From an uncultured Acidobacteriota bacterium (GTDB lineage Bacteria > Acidobacteriota > UBA6911): a stretch of 64,000 nucleotides of DNA. Below, piece by piece: positions 58,218-64,000 of this stretch. The stretch is taken from positions 25,081-89,080 of the forward strand of contig CAZPHK010000001.1 in NCBI GenBank assembly GCA_964586015.1. The letters run 5' to 3'. Numbering within the stretch: position 1 is the stretch's first letter; every line of letters starts with the position of its first letter. The position numbers were made by a program, and so were the translations under genes. The notes beneath the pieces are model-generated. The model was not told the origin of the DNA. It made no database searches and was given only the letters and a program-made list of their open reading frames with translations.

Positions 58218-59372
58218 TTATTCAATCATGCTGCGAATCCGCTGCGCCGCGGCCACATCTCCGCCACATTGGATGGACTCGGCCGCTTCCGGACAATCCC
58301 GGATACGGTCGATGCACGGCAAAAGATTCCCCCGATACAGGTCGGATGCCGGAATATGCGTATGTTTCAGATATTTCCTGATTGCGGATTCCAGGACGGC
58401 AAACTCGGGAAAATCACTGCGTTCGGCATAAATCAACGGTTTGCGGTTCACAATACAGTCCGATACAATTCCGAATCCCGGTTTTGAAATAACCGCATCC
58501 ACGGAAGCGATAATATCGGAAAAAGGCACCTGTTCCCGGCGCAGAGCGTGAGTGTTCCGGAGGTCCCACGCCAGCGGATGGACCGTAAAAAACTCGCAGC
58601 CCTCTATTTTTTCAACCCGATCGAGAGCATCCCGGCTCCAGTCGAGGCTGGTAAAAGAGAGCAGGATCCACTTTCTGCCCGTATCGCAGCCGGCGATTCC
58701 GGCTATTTCATCCCGCCTGGATTTTCCCGGGGACGCGACAAGGGGAATGTCCTCGATGAAGGGAAACGCCTCCATTACGTCGCTGAACGGAAGCCTTAAA
58801 AGCAGATCCGTCTTCCCGTAAGCATCACGTATTTTTTTAACGATGCGCTTCCAACGGGCGTCCCGGCCGGTGAAGCCGGAGTAGATCCAGTCCCACCCGA
58901 AATTGCCGATCGCCATTCGCGGGATGCCCGCTTTCGCGGCGGCCGCCAAAGGAAGATCCGGAATATCGCAGATCGTCAGGACAGCCTTCATTTGTTCCAG
59001 ATATCGGGATTCCCGTTCGATCAGTTCTTCGCGCCGATCATAAAGCCGTTCGAGCCGGACCAGGGTGGAAGGAACGTCAACCCGGATGGAGTCTATCTGC
59101 ACCATTCCGATATCGAAAGCGCCCGGGCGGAGGCGGTTTTGCACGTTGCTGATGCGGTTGAACAGAAACTCGGGGGGCAAAACGCTCACGACCTCGACGG
59201 TCAAATGCGGATACAGCCGGTTCAGAGCCCTGATAATGTCGCAGGCTCGAACTCCGTGCCCGTAACCGTGAGCGCTGACGTAATACGCTATGACGTTTTT
59301 TTTGGCCGTTGTCACTATGAATGCGAGCGATGCGCCTCCAGCCAGCGTTCGGCCCTTAACGCGGCCATGCAC
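58218..59372 (-). CDS. glycosyltransferase-like protein (GT1/GT28, MurG-like fold; MJ1255-type family), start uncertain
   Basis: Has the YVSAHGYGHGVR G-loop motif characteristic of this glycosyltransferase family. The track ORF begins at a GTG and overlaps the trxB 3' end by 58 bp, so the true start is probably downstream. Confidence 0.4.
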   Translation of the reverse strand: MHGRVKGRTLAGGASLAFIVTTAKKNVIAYYVSAHGYGHGVRACDIIRALNRLYPHLTVEVVSVLPPEFLFNRISNVQNRLRPGAFDIGMVQIDSIRVDVPSTLVRLERLYDRREELIERESRYLEQMKAVLTICDIPDLPLAAAAKAGIPRMAIGNFGWDWIYSGFTGRDARWKRIVKKIRDAYGKTDLLLRLPFSDVMEAFPFIEDIPLVASPGKSRRDEIAGIAGCDTGRKWILLSFTSLDWSRDALDRVEKIEGCEFFTVHPLAWDLRNTHALRREQVPFSDIIASVDAVISKPGFGIVSDCIVNRKPLIYAERSDFPEFAVLESAIRKYLKHTHIPASDLYRGNLLPCIDRIRDCPEAAESIQCGGDVAAAQRIRSMIE

Positions 59373-60256
59373 CCGAAACCCGCCGCCGTAATGGCCTGGC
59401 GATAGTAACGGTCATGAACGTCGCCGGCGGCAAAAACTCCATCCATGCTGGTTTCAACACCGTTTCGCGCCACAATGTATCCCTGATCATCCAGGTCGAC
59501 GACGCCTCGGAGGAATTCCGTATTCGGATGGTGCCCGATTCCCATAAAGACGCCGGAAACGGACTCCACTCTCTCCTCTCCTGTCACAATGTTTTTAAGC
59601 CTGACTGCCTTCAGGACTTCATCGCCCTCGTACCCCGTCACAACCGTATTCCAAAGGAACCGGATCTTCGGACTGGACCGGGCCCGATCCTGCATGATCT
59701 TGCTGGCCCTTAATTCGTCGCGCCTGTGTACAATTGTCACCTTCGCGACATGATGCGCCAGGGTCAAGGCTTCCTCCAGGGCCGAATCGCCGCCGCCGAC
59801 CACCATAACTTCCTGGTTTCGGAAGAACATGCCGTCGCAGACGGCGCACGCGGAAAGCCCGCGGTTTCGAAATTTTTCCTCATCGGGAAGCTCCAGCCAT
59901 CTTGCGTTTGCGCCCGTTGCAATAATCACCGAAAGGGATTCGTGCCACCCCGATTGAGATCGGATCCGGAAAGGACCTCCGGGTTTGAAATCCACTTCCA
60001 GCGCGTCTTCCTCAATCATTTCCGTCTTGAAGCGCAACGCCTGCTTTTTCATCTGCTCCATCAAGTCCGGTCCCTGAATTCCCTCTGGGAATCCGGGGAA
60101 ATTCTCGACATCGGTGGTGAACATGAGCTGCCCCCCGGGCATCTGCTGTCCCGCGGGTTCGGAAGCCAGAATAATCGGAGAAAGGTTGGCGCGCGCGGCA
60201 TAGATAGCCGCGGTGTATCCCGCCGGTCCTGATCCAATGATAACGACATTGTGCAT
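59315..60256 (-). CDS. trxB: thioredoxin-disulfide reductase
   Basis: 313 aa. FAD motif VIIGSGPAGYTAA, redox-active CAVCDG, NADPH motif VVGGGDSALEEA. Confidence 0.9.
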   Translation of the reverse strand: MHNVVIIGSGPAGYTAAIYAARANLSPIILASEPAGQQMPGGQLMFTTDVENFPGFPEGIQGPDLMEQMKKQALRFKTEMIEEDALEVDFKPGGPFRIRSQSGWHESLSVIIATGANARWLELPDEEKFRNRGLSACAVCDGMFFRNQEVMVVGGGDSALEEALTLAHHVAKVTIVHRRDELRASKIMQDRARSSPKIRFLWNTVVTGYEGDEVLKAVRLKNIVTGEERVESVSGVFMGIGHHPNTEFLRGVVDLDDQGYIVARNGVETSMDGVFAAGDVHDRYYRQAITAAGFGCMAALRAERWLEAHRSHS

Positions 60257-60436
60257 AAAAGTCCCCGCTTTCTCATATGATTCGAAACGATTATATTCAA
60301 ATGCACAGGATTTTGAAGGCCTTCCGGCAATTTAATTTACTCTACCCCTGACACTCTTTCCCGGCGGTACGCTTCCCGGATGGGAAACAGTCGCGCAATG
60401 TTTTGCGCAGGATATCGGCAAGAAACCAATATACGA

Positions 60437-60450
60437 GGAAATTTCTTGCT
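60437..60450 (+). promoter_or_regulatory. possible sigma54-type -24/-12 element (GG-N9-TTGC) upstream of tssK
   Basis: aGGAAATTTCTTGCt against the consensus TGGCACG-N4-TTGCW. The GG/GC spacing is correct but the rest is a weak match. About 75 bp upstream of the tssK ATG. Confidence 0.25.
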
Positions 60451-60523
60451 CCTCAATAGGAGTGGAGCGTATAGTAAACTACATTAAATGTAATAATTTA
60501 AGATATTTGCTTGAGGGGGGCTT

Positions 60524-61894
60524 ATGCCGGTATTTTCGAAGATCCTATGGTCTGAGGGTATGTTTCTTTCTCCTCATCATTTTCAGCAGTGGGAGGAATA
60601 TCAGGAACAAATCCTGCAATACCGTCTGAAGTCCCTCGTTCCATTCAGCTGGGGCCTTACCGAACTTGAAATCAACCGCGAAGGCCTCGCCAACGGACAC
60701 CTCTCCATTCTGAAATGCAGCGGCCTGTTTCCGGGAGGCACCGTCTTTAAAATGCCGGACGCCGATGAAAGGATTCCGGCCCGGTTTTTCAAGGATTTTC
60801 TCGATCCATCCAAGCAGTTTCTGGATGTCTTCCTGGCTTTGCCTGCAAAAAATCCGACCGCCGGGAACCTCACCGTCGATTCCGGGGATTCTTCGCAACC
60901 TACACGTTATCGAAAGGATTCCATCAATGTTGTAGATATAAACACTGGAGAAAATGAGCGCGAAATACTCATCGCAAAAAATAATCTGAATCTGCTTTTC
61001 GGCGGAGAGTCCCTCGGCAACTACGACTTTATTCAGATTGCAAGACTGAAACAGGAAGGCGACGGAATTGCCGTACTGGACGACACCTATATTCCACCGT
61101 GCCTTCATATCGCCTGTTCTCCCGTATTGATGAATATTGTTCGCCGGCTGTCGGAAGTGCTTCACGCAAAAAGTGCCTCCCTTTGCGAGGAGAGAAGCCA
61201 AAGGACCGCGGGAATAGTGGAATTCAGCAGTTCCGACCTGGGTAACTTCTGGCTCCTTCACACAGTGAACTCATATATGCCTGTTATCGATCACTTCAAT
61301 CGAGCCCCTCAGGCACACCCGGAGACCCTTTTCACATCGCTGGCTCAACTCGCCGGGGCATTAACCACGTTCTCTCCCGACATACGGCCCGGCGATCTGC
61401 CCGGGTATGATCACAACAATCTCTCCAAGACATTTCTGGGGATGGAAGAATCCATTCAGGAACTCCTCAAGGCGGTCGTTCCCACCGGTGCCATACAGAT
61501 CCCGCTTCAGAAAGAAAGCGATTCCAAGTTCACGGCCAGTATCGCGTCCGACCAGCTGCTAGCCGACTCGCAGATTTTTCTCGCGGCCAAAGCCGATCTG
61601 CCGGACAATCATCTCATCGAAGAGCTGCCGAGCCAGGCCAAGATCAGCTCTACCGATCAGATCAACTCCCTGCTTGGGCTGGCCCTGCCGGGAGTCCGGC
61701 TTAAACACCGTCCCGTTCCCCCGTCACCGCTCAGGGTAAAACTTGGCTATCAGTACTTTCGTTTTGAAGAGCTTGAAGATCCGGAAAGCCGCAAACACTG
61801 GGACGCGATCTGCAGGTCACGAACCCTGGCTATCCGGGTGCCGGGACAGCGATTCCCCGGGTTGAAACTTGAACTCTGGTCCATAAAAGAATAG
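60524..61894 (+). CDS. tssK: type VI secretion system baseplate protein TssK (ImpJ/VasE)
   Basis: 456 aa. The N-terminus ILWSEGMFLSPHHFQQWEEY matches the hallmark TssK start (W.EG.FL.PQHFQQ). The size and its position before the DotU and IcmF homologues agree. Confidence 0.8.
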   Translation: MPVFSKILWSEGMFLSPHHFQQWEEYQEQILQYRLKSLVPFSWGLTELEINREGLANGHLSILKCSGLFPGGTVFKMPDADERIPARFFKDFLDPSKQFLDVFLALPAKNPTAGNLTVDSGDSSQPTRYRKDSINVVDINTGENEREILIAKNNLNLLFGGESLGNYDFIQIARLKQEGDGIAVLDDTYIPPCLHIACSPVLMNIVRRLSEVLHAKSASLCEERSQRTAGIVEFSSSDLGNFWLLHTVNSYMPVIDHFNRAPQAHPETLFTSLAQLAGALTTFSPDIRPGDLPGYDHNNLSKTFLGMEESIQELLKAVVPTGAIQIPLQKESDSKFTASIASDQLLADSQIFLAAKADLPDNHLIEELPSQAKISSTDQINSLLGLALPGVRLKHRPVPPSPLRVKLGYQYFRFEELEDPESRKHWDAICRSRTLAIRVPGQRFPGLKLELWSIKE

Positions 61895-61912
61895 GCGTTT
61901 TTCTTAGGAGTT

Positions 61913-62638
61913 TTGATGGCAGAATCTCACAAAAAGCCAAACCTTTCCGAGCTGGCCGGTGATATTTTTCTCCTGGTTCTTGGATTTCGCGAAAGAGCGG
62001 ATTCTTTCGAATTTGATACTCTGTACCAGGGAGTAACGACACTGTTTAAAGAGTTTGACCAGAAGGCGAAAGCTCTGAAACTGGATCCTGACGATATCAC
62101 CGATTCCAAGTATGCGCTTGCGGCCTTCGTGGACGAAGCAATACTCCGCTCGCAGTGGCCCGGCCGAGAGCAGTGGGCCGATAATCCGCTGCAGCTTCAA
62201 TTGTTCGAAACTTACCTTGCCGGCGAAGGTTTCTTCGAAAAACTGGAAATCCTCAGGACACGGGGCGAATCCGCGGCCGACGTTCTTGAGATCTATTACC
62301 TGTGCCTGGTTCTGGGTTTTGAAGGCAAATACGGCATAGAGGGGACCGAGCGCCTTTCCGCTCTCGCAAAACTGATACATGATGAACTGGGACGGTACAA
62401 ACCAATGAATCTGGAGGGAGTGTCCCCGCACTGGAAAGTTGTGGACGGCCCATCGCACGAAACGAGCAAACTGCCTCGATGGCTGATCTACACGTGCGCG
62501 GCCGTTATAATTCTATGCGTTTTATTTTACATAGGATTTTTCATCAGCATCCGGTCGAATGCCGGGGACATACAGGACAATCAGGCAACTGCACTGCATA
62601 CGCAGACAATGAAACAGAATAGGTCGATTTTATGTTGA
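61913..62638 (+). CDS. tssL: type VI secretion system protein TssL (DotU/IcmH family)
   Basis: 241 aa. Cytoplasmic helical domain of about 190 aa, then a single C-terminal TM helix (WLIYTCAAVIILCVLFYIGFFI). Placed between tssK and tssM. Confidence 0.65.
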   Translation: MMAESHKKPNLSELAGDIFLLVLGFRERADSFEFDTLYQGVTTLFKEFDQKAKALKLDPDDITDSKYALAAFVDEAILRSQWPGREQWADNPLQLQLFETYLAGEGFFEKLEILRTRGESAADVLEIYYLCLVLGFEGKYGIEGTERLSALAKLIHDELGRYKPMNLEGVSPHWKVVDGPSHETSKLPRWLIYTCAAVIILCVLFYIGFFISIRSNAGDIQDNQATALHTQTMKQNRSILC

Positions 62639-64000
62639 AGCGCTTCAGTCCGTTCACACGAATGTTTATTCTTGCCGGCATTCCCGCACTGATTGCAATA
62701 TTGCTGGTCTGGTTTCTTGGACCCCGTTTCGGGCTTACCCGGTTCACTATCGTAATATTAATAGTGGCGATTCTCTTCCTCCTGATAATTATTCTAGCCT
62801 TACAGTATCTGCTTGGAAGAATTAAAGCCTCACGTTCAACCGGTTCCTCAGATTCTGAATATGTTTCCGAACGTTCGCTGGCGGGATCGGATGACGTTGC
62901 GGTTCTGGGTGATCGTCTGGACAGGGCGATTCGGTGGCTGAAAAAATCAAAACTGGCGGAAACAGTCCGGGATGCGGTCTACGATCTTCCTTGGTATCTT
63001 CTTATAGGGGGGGAAGCCTCAGGAAAATCAACTCTGATTGTTCAGTCTGGTTTCAATTTCCCTTATACGGATCCCAAGAAAACTGCCGGGAAGCTGGACT
63101 TCGGCCCAACCATAGATTGCGATCTGTGGATTGCCAACGAAGCATTGTTTGTCGATCCTTCGGGCAAATCTTTTTCGGAAGACCGCAATTTAACCCAATG
63201 CCTGAACATGTTGCGGCAGTTGAAACAACGCCGGCAGCAAAAACCGATTGACGGGATCATTCTCGTCGTGGATACAGCCAGACTTTTCAGCCTGAACGAT
63301 GCGGCTGTCAGAGACAAGGCCAATAAGCTGCGTACTTTCCTGGACATGACCATGCAGGAGTTCGGGATGGTCATTCCCATCTATCTCCTTTTTAATAAAG
63401 CCGACCTGGTTGAAGGTTTTCAGGAATTTTTCAATAAACCGGCCTTTAGGGAAAACCAGCTCCTTGGAGCTACTTTTACCCGGGAACAATTCGAGACTCA
63501 GCATCCTGAAGATGCGTTCCAGCAGGAGTTTGAACAGATCTGCCAGTCGGCCCGGTCTTTCGAAATTGCCCGACTGATCACTGAATCCAAGCGGGATCGT
63601 GAAAAGACCTTTCCCTTCCACAAACAGCTCTCATTGATGAAGAATAGGCTTTCTGAGTTCGTCGGGATTCTATTTCAGCACAGCCAGTTCCGTGAAAAAC
63701 CCCTCTTTCGAGGTTTTTATTTTACAAGCGGCGTTCAGGGAGAGCGTCCTCTCGATTTCGTAGCCGACATGCTTAAATCCAAAACCGGGCTGCCGGTAGC
63801 CGAGGAAGCCGAAAGACCCCGCAGAACGGATCGTTACTTCATCAGAACCCTGTTGACTCAGGTGATACTGCCCGACAGAAATCTCGCGGGTCTGTCCAAA
63901 GCGGCCAGGCGCCGTCGCCGGCTTACGCGGATGATACTGGCCGGCGCAGCGGGCATATTACTGCCCGTTATTATACTGCTGTGCTTCTGGGGCGCGTACA
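62632..64000 (+). CDS. tssM: type VI secretion system membrane protein TssM (IcmF), N-terminal part; it runs off the window end
   Basis: ATG at 62632 overlapping the tssL stop. N-terminal TM helices, then Walker A GGEASGKST and the IcmF-like region GIILVVDTARL...LLFNKADL. Absent from the ORF track because it is incomplete. Confidence 0.75.
   Translation, partial: MLKRFSPFTRMFILAGIPALIAILLVWFLGPRFGLTRFTIVILIVAILFLLIIILALQYLLGRIKASRSTGSSDSEYVSERSLAGSDDVAVLGDRLDRAIRWLKKSKLAETVRDAVYDLPWYLLIGGEASGKSTLIVQSGFNFPYTDPKKTAGKLDFGPTIDCDLWIANEALFVDPSGKSFSEDRNLTQCLNMLRQLKQRRQQKPIDGIILVVDTARLFSLNDAAVRDKANKLRTFLDMTMQEFGMVIPIYLLFNKADLVEGFQEFFNKPAFRENQLLGATFTREQFETQHPEDAFQQEFEQICQSARSFEIARLITESKRDREKTFPFHKQLSLMKNRLSEFVGILFQHSQFREKPLFRGFYFTSGVQGERPLDFVADMLKSKTGLPVAEEAERPRRTDRYFIRTLLTQVILPDRNLAGLSKAARRRRRLTRMILAGAAGILLPVIILLCFWGAY

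Overview
This is a bacterial chromosomal segment of about 52% GC, densely packed with coding sequence. It is dominated by housekeeping genes that can be recognised from their conserved motifs: fabG, pilT, recX, alaS, ftsY, birA, valS, the def-fmt-rsmB-rpe block, aroC, mlaEFD, a Lol-like lipoprotein-export cluster, rodZ, the dnaK-dnaJ-hspR operon, lgt, gpsA, moaA and trxB. There are two tRNA genes, tRNA-Ala(CGC) and tRNA-Val(CAC). A type VI secretion locus begins at the window end with tssK-tssL-tssM, the last running off the edge. Between dnaK and tRNA-Ala lies the least ordinary part. It holds a ~300-bp GC-rich imperfect palindrome (42067-42370) that the ORF track mistakes for many overlapping ORFs on both strands, flanked by orphan hypothetical genes. 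Directly downstream is a four-gene minus-strand signalling operon (two unknowns, an FHA-GGDEF protein and a Ser/Thr kinase with HEAT repeats). Other notable structures are a second giant Ser/Thr kinase fused to TPR repeats, a hairpin repeat present twice, a tandem palindromic GAACGTT heptamer array, and a conserved 3' flank shared by both tRNAs. No CRISPR arrays, transposases or rRNA genes were seen. All calls rest on visible motifs and gene order only; no database searches were possible.
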